A DNA stretch of 64,000 nucleotides, taken from contig CAVVMW010000006.1 in assembly GCA_963749495.1 (NCBI GenBank), forward strand, positions 640,001 to 704,000, read 5' to 3'. The position numbers and the translations under genes are program-made. Below, piece by piece: positions 22,693-30,695 of the stretch (position 1 is the first letter of the stretch; each line of letters starts with the position of its first letter). Below the pieces are notes generated by a model, which was given only the letters and a program-made list of their open reading frames with translations, was not told where the DNA came from and did no database searches. Origin of the DNA: an uncultured bacterium (GTDB lineage Bacteria > Verrucomicrobiota > Verrucomicrobiia > Limisphaerales > UBA8199).

Positions 22693-23946
22693 ATGCGGTC
22701 GAGTATGAGTGGGACGAAAGTTCATGCTTTCGCTGAGGCGAGGCTGTCCGACCTTCTTGAGGCGCGCCGTCAAAAAATGCTCCAGGAGATCCAAGGCGAA
22801 CCGGCGAACAAATTGCTCAATTTCAATGAATCCGACTACGTGAAATACTTGGCCGACAAGTATCGGCTTGAACCAATCACGCTCGATTTCGCAGCACTCC
22901 AGGTTTCTCAGACTGAAAAGGTGATTCCTGTTGACCAACACCCTTGGAATTTCGCCTGCCGTCACATCCCTATGCCGAGGTCCGCCTATCCTCGGCAAGT
23001 GATCACGTTTCACATTCCTTACACGGGCGATGCTGGGCTCTTGAGGTGTCAACCCTCAACGTACTTGACCGGTGGTGACGTAGAACTTGACGTGTCGGGC
23101 AAAGAAATCCGATTCGACCTGATTAACTGGGGCAACGATGTCCAGCAGTTGAAAACCGCACAGGCGTCAGTAGTGGAACGGCTTCGTAAACAAAGCGAGT
23201 ACCTATTCGCAGACGTGGAGCGCTTCAACTCTAATTTGGAAGCGCAAGCACGAGGAGCAACGTCCGCCCGAAAGGCCCATTTGCTCAGCCAATTGAGCCT
23301 GGTCGAATCCCTCGGAATCCCTCTGCGCAAAGCACCATCCGTTCCTCAGACTTTCGCGGTGCCTATAGTTCCTAAGAAACTAATCGTGAAGCCACCCGCT
23401 CCTGAGGCGTCATATTCGCCACACCCGACGTTGGATCAGGCAACTTACTGGAACATCTTGTCGATCATTCACGAAACGGGCATAGCGATGGAGCGGCACC
23501 CGAGCACGTACACGAACAAGCAGGAGGAGGATCTGCGGGATTTTCTGCTGATGACCCTCTGCACGCACTATCCGAACACGACAGGCGAAACCTTCAACAA
23601 GAAAGGCAAGACAGATATACTTGTACGATATGACGGGACCAACGTCTTTGTGGGTGAATGCAAGTTCTGGAAGGGGATCAAAGCGTTCCATGACACGATC
23701 GACCAGATCCTCGGCTACCTGACTTGGCGAGATTCCAAAGCTGCCATTGTGTGCTTCGTGAGCAACAAGGAGTTAAACCCCGTGCTCGAACAACTAGCAA
23801 CAGGCACGGCTCAACATCCCTGTTTCGTTCGGACGGAGGAGAAAAAGACAGAAAGCTGGATTCGCTTTGAATTCCGGCTCAGGAGCGACCCGACCAGAAA
23901 CGTCCACCTCGCCGTATTGTGCTTTCACTTTCCACCGGGCCCATGA
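22693..23946 (+). CDS. Hypothetical protein with C-terminal PD-(D/E)XK nuclease-like domain
   Basis: EEDLRD...GETFNKKGKTDILVR...VGECKFWKG; lower GC. Confidence 0.75.
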   Translation: MRSSMSGTKVHAFAEARLSDLLEARRQKMLQEIQGEPANKLLNFNESDYVKYLADKYRLEPITLDFAALQVSQTEKVIPVDQHPWNFACRHIPMPRSAYPRQVITFHIPYTGDAGLLRCQPSTYLTGGDVELDVSGKEIRFDLINWGNDVQQLKTAQASVVERLRKQSEYLFADVERFNSNLEAQARGATSARKAHLLSQLSLVESLGIPLRKAPSVPQTFAVPIVPKKLIVKPPAPEASYSPHPTLDQATYWNILSIIHETGIAMERHPSTYTNKQEEDLRDFLLMTLCTHYPNTTGETFNKKGKTDILVRYDGTNVFVGECKFWKGIKAFHDTIDQILGYLTWRDSKAAIVCFVSNKELNPVLEQLATGTAQHPCFVRTEEKKTESWIRFEFRLRSDPTRNVHLAVLCFHFPPGP

Positions 23947-23964
23947 ATCGAACGTGGAGTGGTC

Positions 23965-24340
23965 ACTGATAAGAATTTGGTTTTTGCCGCGCCGACGGTT
24001 TTGACGCTGCGCGGGTGAGGGAGAATTGGTTTTTGGTCTCCCTCACTACGGTCGGATGCTGCCAGAAGAGGACCCGAGGGTCAAGAGGAACGTTTTGCCG
24101 GTTTTTGATGGTTTTGGCGCAACATGGGGGGCGCTGGCGCGTGCTGGGGCCTGAGGGTCGGCTCAGCGGCTGAAAGTTGCGCGGCAGGGATACCGGCTCT
24201 GTGGCGAGGGAGCCGGGAGGAAGCCGCTGCCGGGTAAAGGCGCGCCTCCGAACCGGCCTTCCAGAGGATGATTCTCAATCCGTGAGCACGTTTTCGTAGT
24301 CGGGGGTCGGATCCACGTCGTCACAGGGTTCGTAGGTATA
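23965..24340 (-). mobile_element. Probable 3' end of an IS91/ISCR-like element (ORF tail plus oriIS-like end)
   Basis: Minus strand: ORF tail YTYEPCDDVDPTPDYENVLTD*, ~300 nt noncoding with hairpins, ending aaaaaccaaattcttatc. Confidence 0.5.
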
Positions 24341-24521
24341 GGAAAGGGGTCAAGCCCTTACATCGTGCATTTTGGAGTGACAGCACGGGCGGGGCAGCCA
24401 CAATGGGACCATGCCGCGCCAACTGCGCATTCAGTTTCCGGGGGGTGCGAGACAAAACAGTAACCATTAGACCTGTTCATTTCCGCGTATTCCGCGTATT
24501 CCGCGGTTCATTCTTCTTCAC

Positions 24522-24701
24522 AAGATCATTCTGGAACTCAAGGCGGTGAGCGAGTTGGCAGACGAGCATCGGGCGCAGGTGCAAAACTGCCTCAAGGCAA
24601 CCGGGTTGAAGCTCGGGCTGTTGGTCAACTTTGGCCATTATCCCAAGCTCCAAATCGAGCGCATCGTGGCGGAACGGGGCCGATACGGCCGTGGGACCTG
24701 A
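24522..24701 (+). pseudogene. GxxExxY protein, C-terminal remnant
   Basis: KIILELKAVSELADEHRAQVQNCLKATGLKLGLLVNFG; flanked by (ttccgcgta)n and (cgcggaata)n. Confidence 0.85.
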
Positions 24702-24736
24702 GGGCAACCGCGGAATACGCGGAATACGCGGAAAAC

Positions 24737-24886
24737 GTAACTGTTCAGGTGTGGGGCAGACCTCTGGTCTGCCGGTTCACGGAGCCTCCGGCTCCGTGTC
24801 CCTTGCAGTTGGGACGCTCGGGGCCAGAGGCCCCTGCAACCGGCAGACCAGAGGTCTGCCCCACGCGTCCAGACCTGAATAGTCAC
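24737..24886. mobile_element. 150-bp MITE
   Basis: TIRs gtaactgttcagg / cctgaatagtcac; 8-bp TSD cggaaaac; internal palindrome gtggggcagacctctggtctgccggtt...aaccggcagaccagaggtctgccccac; absent from the homologous site at ~12145. Confidence 0.9.
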
Positions 24887-25252
24887 CGGAAAACAAAGCC
24901 GCTCAGCGATCCCGGGTGGGGATTGGCCGGCATTGGGGCAGCCCCATTCCTTGCGGTTGCATCCGCATAGATACAATCACCGGAGGGAACAAACAACGCC
25001 TGCCTTGGTCTCTTCAACGGAGGTTGCTTTTTTGTCCGGCACCCGTTTCCGGGGTTTCCGGGTGCCGTGTGCCATCTGGTGGGTCGTGGGGATCGGGGCG
25101 AGGACATTCACAAAGACCCGCCATTGCCGCTTCGCGGGCGGCCAAAATCCACCCCATCGGTAGCCGGCCCAGCCGTAAAAACTCCGCACAGTCCGCGCAC
25201 TCCGCGCTGTCCTTAGACAAGAAGGGCTGGCGCGCGGCAAACTGCGCGCAAA

Positions 25253-25662
25253 AAACCATTGGGATCATGTCTTGTCATTTGGACAATTGGCACTTGACGC
25301 CGGGATTCCGGGATGATTCCATTGGCCGGTGGCACGCGTGTTGCGCATCGAACGGACGGGCGGGCGGTATCACGTCACCGCCCGCGGCAATGAACGCCAG
25401 GACATCTTCCGTGATGACGCAGACCATTTCCATTTTTTCGTATCCCGGTTACGCCGGCTACCGCCGGCCGCTGGCGTGGGTGTGGCGCGAGCCGCTGGCC
25501 CGGTTATGGGTTTGAGTTAACTGGCGGTTTGGACTACGCCGTAGTGAGCAACGCCCTCGCCCGCTTTGGCCGGCGCCTCCAAGCCGATCCCCGCCTGCGA
25601 GAAGAAATAGCCGCAATCTTGGACCGATTGTCCAAATGACAAGTCATGACCCCAATGGGTTT
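25253..25662 (+). mobile_element. Shorter deletion derivative of the family-A unit at 21093-21845
   Basis: Same inverted ends; VARVLRIERTGGRYHVTARGNERQDIFRDD. Confidence 0.85.
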
Positions 25663-25705
25663 GACCAATGGGTTTGGTTTGAGTCAGGCGGGCGTGTGAC
25701 AGAAA

Positions 25706-26152
25706 TTATTTAACCGCAAAGAACGCAAAGAACGCAGAGAGAAAGGACAGCAGTGGGCCGGTTGGCGGCTGAGCGGCGCCCGTGCTCAAGGCGAACTTGC
25801 GGATTTCGAATTTGTAAGAGCCGAAGTTGATCAGGAGGCCGTGCTCCAGGCGAGAGGACTTCAAATAACCCAGGACTTGCGCTTCGTGCTCGTTCGCCAG
25901 GGCCTTGACCGCTTTCAGCTCTACGATGAGTTCACCCTCCACCAGCAGGTTGGCAAGGTAATCGCCAATGAGCGTGCCATCCTCATCATAGACCTTGATG
26001 GGGTGCTGCTGTTCGACTGCCAGACCCGCCTTGCTGAGCCGGTGAGCCAGGGCGTTCTCATACACTTTCTCCAGGTGACCGTGCCCATGGTACACGTGAA
26101 TGGCGTATGCCGTCTGCCGTACTTGGTCGCTTAAGGCTCTGATGTCTTTCAT
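25706..26152 (-). CDS. GxxExxY protein (PD-(D/E)XK-like)
   Basis: GHLEKVYENAL, LIVELKAV, GLLINFG; (cgcaaagaa)n arrays at 25714-25740 and 26171-26250. Confidence 0.92.
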   Translation of the reverse strand: MKDIRALSDQVRQTAYAIHVYHGHGHLEKVYENALAHRLSKAGLAVEQQHPIKVYDEDGTLIGDYLANLLVEGELIVELKAVKALANEHEAQVLGYLKSSRLEHGLLINFGSYKFEIRKFALSTGAAQPPTGPLLSFLSAFFAFFAVK

Positions 26153-26275
26153 AGTGATTTCGGTCTATTTAACAGCAAAGAACGCTGACAGAGAACGCAA
26201 AGAGGAAACGGAAATCTTTCTTCTTTGCGTTCTTTGCGTTCTTTGCGGTTAAAAAATCCGTCCCCAGGCCCACCC

Positions 26276-26362
26276 TCACTTTTTCATCAGGAACGTCTGC
26301 GCTCCTTCGAGGTTGTCGCTGTTGATGAGATCGGCGTCGTCGGCCAGCAGCTCGCTCCAGAA
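26276..26362 (-). pseudogene. 3' fragment of a GDPD/PI-PLC-like gene
   Basis: FWSELLADDADLINSDNLEGAQTFLMKK*, cut at the oriIS-like motif. Confidence 0.5.
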
Positions 26363-26416
26363 ACTGATAAGAATTTGGTTTTTGCCGCGCCGGCGGTTTT
26401 GACGCTGCGCGGGTGA
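26363..26416 (-). repeat. oriIS-like ~55-bp hairpin motif
   Basis: Almost identical to 23965-24018. Confidence 0.8.
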
Positions 26417-26470
26417 TGTCACGGCCGGCTAGGTTGTGGACCGGACCATCGGGGCCGAGGGCGGGAAATA

Positions 26471-26563
26471 AACCGCGGACTACGCGGAATACGCGGAAAT
26501 GAAAAGCCCCGCCAAGTGGCGGACCTCTTTGGTTTTTTCGCGTGTTCCGCGTGTTCCGCGGTT
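26471..26563. repeat. Empty inverted 9-mer array pair of GxxExxY type
   Basis: aaccgcggactacgcggaatacgcggaa ... ttcgcgtgttccgcgtgttccgcggtt. Confidence 0.8.
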
Positions 26564-26574
26564 CACTTCTTTGG

Positions 26575-26850
26575 GGAAAGGGGTCAAGCCCTTACATTGT
26601 GCATTTTCGAGTGACAGCGCGGGCGGGGCAGCCACAATGGGACCCTGCCGCGCCAACTGCGCATTCAGTTTCCGGGTGCCGTGTACCATCTGATGAGTCG
26701 TGGGGATCGGCGCGAGGCCATTCACAAAGACCCGCCATTGCCGCTTCGCGGGCGGCCAAAATCCACCACATGGATAGCCGGCCCAACCGCAAAAACTCCG
26801 CATTGTCCGAACAGTCCGCGCTGTCCGTGGACAGGAGCGGTCGAGGCGGG
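26575..26850 (+). pseudogene. Family-B left end plus Y1 transposase 5' remnant
   Basis: ggaaaggggtcaagcccttaca; PRQLRIQFPGAVYHLMSRGDRREAI. Confidence 0.85.
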
Positions 26851-27195
26851 GCATAGTGGCGTCCATGAGAAATTCCAGCTTTCAATCCCTCCAACTGGAC
26901 CGCCGCCGCGCTGACCGCATCGAAGCCGAGGCCCAAGCCAGGCAAGCCCAAGCCGGCTTCCGTGCCCGCATCCTCCACGCAGCCGGGCAGCAATCCCTCT
27001 CCGAGCTCCTCGCCTCTGGCGACCCGGCCCTCCGAACCCTGGGCGCTGAATTCTCAAAATGCCTCGCCGCCGAGGAGAGGAAACGTGGAACGTCCACCAT
27101 CCGTCCCGATAGGATCGGGGCTACGGAGGACGAGTGAAACGTGAAACGTGAAACGTGAAACGTGGAACTTAAATCCAATTAAAGTCAATTAAACC

Positions 27196-29402
27196 GTGCG
27201 ACATGCAAACTACACCAACAAAACTGCAATCGTCATTGCTGAACGCGGAGCAATCCAGATTCAGCCCTGTGTTTCGCCACAGGTATTCCACGGAAGCAGG
27301 CGCAGGGCGCGCAGCGCCCTTGGGTCTGAAGCCTTCCGGACAATGTAGCCCAACCGGTAGTCTCGTCCGGGCAAGCGCTAGAATCGGGTGACATGGTCAA
27401 GTCAGTTGAACGCTCGTTAAGCATCGTTAAGGCTGAAGAGCCGCAAGAGACTGGTTCAAGGCTCTGGCCAAACAGGCACGCAGTCAGGCTCGGGCTCTGG
27501 TTTATGGCCCGACGCGAATGTCATACTGCCGGTGTAAAGAGCGGACCTAAATCACCCCTCGTGACGGTTGCGGAACGTGGAAAAGCTGCCAGCCCCGCCC
27601 GGTCGGAACCGGGCAGACCTCACCGCAAGGCGGGTCTGGTGGGCACAGCATTGGGAGGACCGAACAAGCCAAGGCCGGCGGGTAATCCGCCGGATACGCC
27701 CACGTCGGTCTGGTCTCGCTTGGCAAGAGAATAGGCAGAACCCTCGTGAAGAAGGAAAAGCAAATGACGGTTGAGCAATCAACTGATGCGTCCTTCCACC
27801 GACCCGTTTGCTGGAAGTCCATTGTCTGGACGACCATCCAAGGGCAGGTGCGACGGCTGCAAATGCGTATTGCCAAGGCAGTTCAACAGGGCAAACACCG
27901 CCGGGCGCAAGCCTTGCAGTGGCTGCTCACACACAGTCGCGCCGCCAAGCTTTTGGCGGTGCGCCAAGTGACCACGAACCGGGGTGCTAAAACCCCCGGT
28001 GTAGATAAGATCCTCTGGCGAACGGACCGACAGAAACTCCGAGCGGCAGATAATCTCCAACGTCACGGATACAGAGCCCAACCCCTGCGCCGCGTTTACA
28101 TCCCGAAGAAAAACGGCAAACTCCGCCCCTTAAGCATTCCCACCCTGCACGACCGCGCCATGCAGGCGCTCTACGCGCTGGCCTTGGCCCCCGTAGCCGA
28201 GACTCGGGCCGACCCGTACTCCTACGGCTTCCGCCAAGGTCGCTGTTGTGCCGATGCCCTGGCGCATGCTCACCTTGCGCTCAGCCGCAGGACCTCCGCC
28301 ACGGAGGTTCTCGAAGGGGACATTCACGCCTGTTTCGACGAGATTAGTCAGCCCTGGCTCTTAGCCCATGTCCCGATGGACAAATACGTGCTGGGCCAGT
28401 GGCTCAAAGCCGGCTACTGGGAAAAGGACCAACTGTTTCCGACCCGCGCGGGCACGCCCCAAGGCGGTATTATCTCCCCAATCCTGGCCAACCTCGCGTT
28501 GGAGGGCATGCAGGAGGCCATCCGCCAGGCGGCGCCCCAACCGGCCGATAAAGTCCACTTCATACGCTACGCCGACAACTTTATCGTGACGGGCGCAAAT
28601 CGGCAAATACTCGAACAGCAAGTCAAACCCGCCTTGACGGCCTTCCTCGCCCAACGAGGTCTGGCACTCTCAGAGCAAAAGACCGTCATCACCTCCATCT
28701 ATCAGGGGTTTAACTTCCTGGGGCACACCGTGCGCAAATTTGGGGACACCCTCCTGATGCGCCCCGCAAAGAGTAGCACCCAAGCGTTGCGGGACAAAAT
28801 CAGGCTCTGTTTCAAATCCGCCTTGGGCCTCAGTCAAGAGGCGCTCCTCCGCAAACTCAACCCCATTCTTAGGGGATGGGCCAATTACTACCGGAACGGA
28901 GCCGCCAAGCGGACCTTCGACCAGCTCGACTGTTATGTCTTCCGTAAACTCTGGCGCTGGACGCGCCGACGCCACCCCACCAAATCGGCGGCCTGGAGAA
29001 CGCATAAATACTTCTCCGCCGCCGGGAAAAAGGGGCTTTTCAGCGTCCGCCTCCGTAAGGCAGGGGGCGAAAGCCGTGTGCTCACGCTCTACCGGATGTC
29101 CAGCACCCGCATCGAACGCCACATCAAGGTCAAAGGGGCAGCCAACCCCTTTGATCCGCTCTACACGGATTACTTCGCCAAACGCCGGTGCTTTGCCTGG
29201 CGTGTCCGGGGGTGCCAGGCTGTGCCTATGGCAGCCTTCCCCGCCTCCGTGAAGGCGTCGTCACCGACATCGTTGGACCGAACTACCGCCGCGTGCCCAC
29301 GCCCTGGCGCACCGGTTAACGAGGCCCGAGCCGTATGACGGGAAACTTTCATGTACGGTTCCTAGAGGGGGGCGGGCCGGCAACGGCCTGCCCCCACTCG
29401 AC
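27196..29402 (+). mobile_element. Group II intron, chloroplast-like/IIB type, 2207 nt
   Basis: 5' GTGCG; DV gagccgtatgacgggaaactttcatgtacggttc; DVI ending ccactcgac; EBS1 ggttta in the hairpin at ~27489-27512 is complementary to exon taaacc. Confidence 0.95.
27746..29338 (+). CDS. ltrA: Group II intron reverse transcriptase/maturase, YADN, no HNH domain
   Basis: VRRLQMRIAKA, GAKTPGVD, GTPQGGIISP, RYADNF, LNPILRGWANYY. Confidence 0.95.
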   Translation: MKKEKQMTVEQSTDASFHRPVCWKSIVWTTIQGQVRRLQMRIAKAVQQGKHRRAQALQWLLTHSRAAKLLAVRQVTTNRGAKTPGVDKILWRTDRQKLRAADNLQRHGYRAQPLRRVYIPKKNGKLRPLSIPTLHDRAMQALYALALAPVAETRADPYSYGFRQGRCCADALAHAHLALSRRTSATEVLEGDIHACFDEISQPWLLAHVPMDKYVLGQWLKAGYWEKDQLFPTRAGTPQGGIISPILANLALEGMQEAIRQAAPQPADKVHFIRYADNFIVTGANRQILEQQVKPALTAFLAQRGLALSEQKTVITSIYQGFNFLGHTVRKFGDTLLMRPAKSSTQALRDKIRLCFKSALGLSQEALLRKLNPILRGWANYYRNGAAKRTFDQLDCYVFRKLWRWTRRRHPTKSAAWRTHKYFSAAGKKGLFSVRLRKAGGESRVLTLYRMSSTRIERHIKVKGAANPFDPLYTDYFAKRRCFAWRVRGCQAVPMAAFPASVKASSPTSLDRTTAACPRPGAPVNEARAV

Positions 29403-29440
29403 TCTCCAAGGCTATGAGCCGTATTGGCGCGCCGCTATTT

Positions 29441-29572
29441 CAGCAATTCTCATTTTTGGGCCCTGCCGCATAAATGCGGCGTTCCGGCCGGGTTCGGAAC
29501 GCCGCATTTATGCGGCAGCGAGGGGCCGAAGCGAGAATGGCCAGGCTTCGAAAGCCAGAATGAGAATTGCTG
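29441..29572. mobile_element. ~130-bp MITE/REP-like element, copy 2
   Basis: TIRs cagcaattctcatt / aatgagaattgctg. Confidence 0.8.
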
Positions 29573-29585
29573 TTTGCGGGGCGGG

Positions 29586-29710
29586 GGAAACGTGAAACGT
29601 GAAACGCGGAGGGACGCGGTGCGTGGGACGAGCGCCGAGGGACCTTTCGGCCCTCGTCTCCCCAAGGCCCGAGCCTGCGGCTCGGTTTCACGTTTCACGT
29701 TTCACGTTTT
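29586..29710. repeat. Inverted heptamer arrays (gaaacgt)n / (acgtttc)n
   Basis: Direct reading; other arrays of this motif at 27134-27167 and 43188-43225. Confidence 0.9.
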
Positions 29711-30477
29711 TCTGCCGTGTGTATGCTCATCGCGCCGCCCAGCAGTTTGATGACGCGGACGTTCTGCAGGCCCAGTTCGCGCATGCGGCCGGCCAGGGCC
29801 TGTTGCGCCGGGTAGTGCAGCAGCGACTCCAGGATATAGGCATAGGCGCCGGCGTTGCCGCAGAAGACCCGGCCCAGCAACGGGACCAACAGGCGCAAGT
29901 AGCCAAAGTAGAGGCTGCGCCAGAGGCAATTGTCGGGCTTGCCGAAATCCAGCACCAGCAGCCGCCCGCCAGGGCGGGCCACCCGCTGCATCTCGCGCAG
30001 CCCGCTCTCCCAGCTTGCCAGGTTGCGCAGGCCGTAGCCGACGGTCACGATGTCAAACGAGCCGTCCGCAAACGGCAGCCGTTGCGCATCCCCTCGCACG
30101 AATTGCACCAGCCCCTCCGTCCTTCGTCCTCCGTCCTCCGCCCTCCGTCCTCCGTCCTCCGTCCTCCGCCCTCCGTCCGCCGCCCTCTGCCGCGCCACAT
30201 CGAGCATCGGCGCGCTGAAATCCAGGCCCACAGTCTCGGCGCCGCGACGGGCCAGAGCCAGCGCCAGGTCTCCCGTGCCGCAGCAGACATCCAGGGCGCG
30301 CCGGCCGGGTTGGGCGTCCGCCAGCCCAACCAGGCGCCGCTTCCACCGGCGGTGCAGGCCCAAGCTCTGCAGGTCATTGAGCAGGTCGTAGCGGCGGGCG
30401 ATGCCGGAGAATAACTCGTTCACCTTGGCCGCGCGCTGCGCGCCCGGGTCGTAGTAGGTGGAGTTGTGGATTGGCAT
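29695..30477 (-). CDS. ubiE: UbiE/MenG quinone-biosynthesis methyltransferase
   Basis: FSGIARRYDLLNDLQSLGLHRRWK, LDVCCGTGDL, YGLRN, AYAYILES; internal heptamer insert. Confidence 0.9.
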   Translation of the reverse strand: MPIHNSTYYDPGAQRAAKVNELFSGIARRYDLLNDLQSLGLHRRWKRRLVGLADAQPGRRALDVCCGTGDLALALARRGAETVGLDFSAPMLDVARQRAADGGRRTEDGGRRAEDGGRRTEGLVQFVRGDAQRLPFADGSFDIVTVGYGLRNLASWESGLREMQRVARPGGRLLVLDFGKPDNCLWRSLYFGYLRLLVPLLGRVFCGNAGAYAYILESLLHYPAQQALAGRMRELGLQNVRVIKLLGGAMSIHTAEKRET

Positions 30478-30526
30478 GACGGACGTTGAGGAGTATCCAA
30501 ACGCCGAGGCGGAGTGTCGAGGTTGG

Positions 30527-30628
30527 AAATGACGAATGACGAATGACGAAAGGGACCGAAGGGACGCGGACTACTTCGTCATTCGCCATTCGTCATTCGT
30601 CATTCGTCATTCGTCATTCGTCATTCGT
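30527..30628. repeat. Inverted heptamer arrays (aatgacg)n / (cgtcatt)n
   Basis: Also at 52837-52875, 53685-53779 and 55033-55160. Confidence 0.95.
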
Positions 30629-30695
30629 AATCCGCAACGCGCGACCAGAAAAAGCTTGCCCATCGTCCGTGGGGCCGGAAATGCTGGAGTACAGC

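Larger units (their letters stand above)
24443..25044 (+). mobile_element. 602-bp non-autonomous element with Mutator-like (IS256/ISKra4/ISLre2-type) ends
   Basis: TIRs gggtgcgagacaaaa / ttttgtccggcaccc; 9-bp TSD gtttccggg at 24434-24442 and 25045-25053, repeated again at 25054-25062. Confidence 0.85.
24341..25250 (+). pseudogene. Family-B left end and 5' part of a Y1 transposase, interrupted by nested elements
   Basis: ggaaaggggtcaagcccttaca; MPRQLRIQFPG followed after the insertion by AVCHL; uninterrupted copy at 26575-26850. Confidence 0.85.

Noticed and set aside
13085..26850. Classical integron
   Set aside because: No tyrosine integrase and no convincing RYYYAAC...GTTRRRY attC pairs; only isolated GTT-like sites at ~20225 and ~63261.
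26856..27137. 93-aa ORF upstream of the RT intron
   Set aside because: No family recognised and probably a chimeric remnant; not enough support to call.
27746..29338. DGR, retron or defence RT
   Set aside because: The ORF sits inside canonical group II intron ends and has a maturase domain; no TR/VR pair with A-specific differences was seen.
30536..30695. ORF starts reading MTNDE or MTKG...SSFVIRH (also 53700 and 55063)
   Set aside because: Translations of heptamer arrays, not genuine N-termini.
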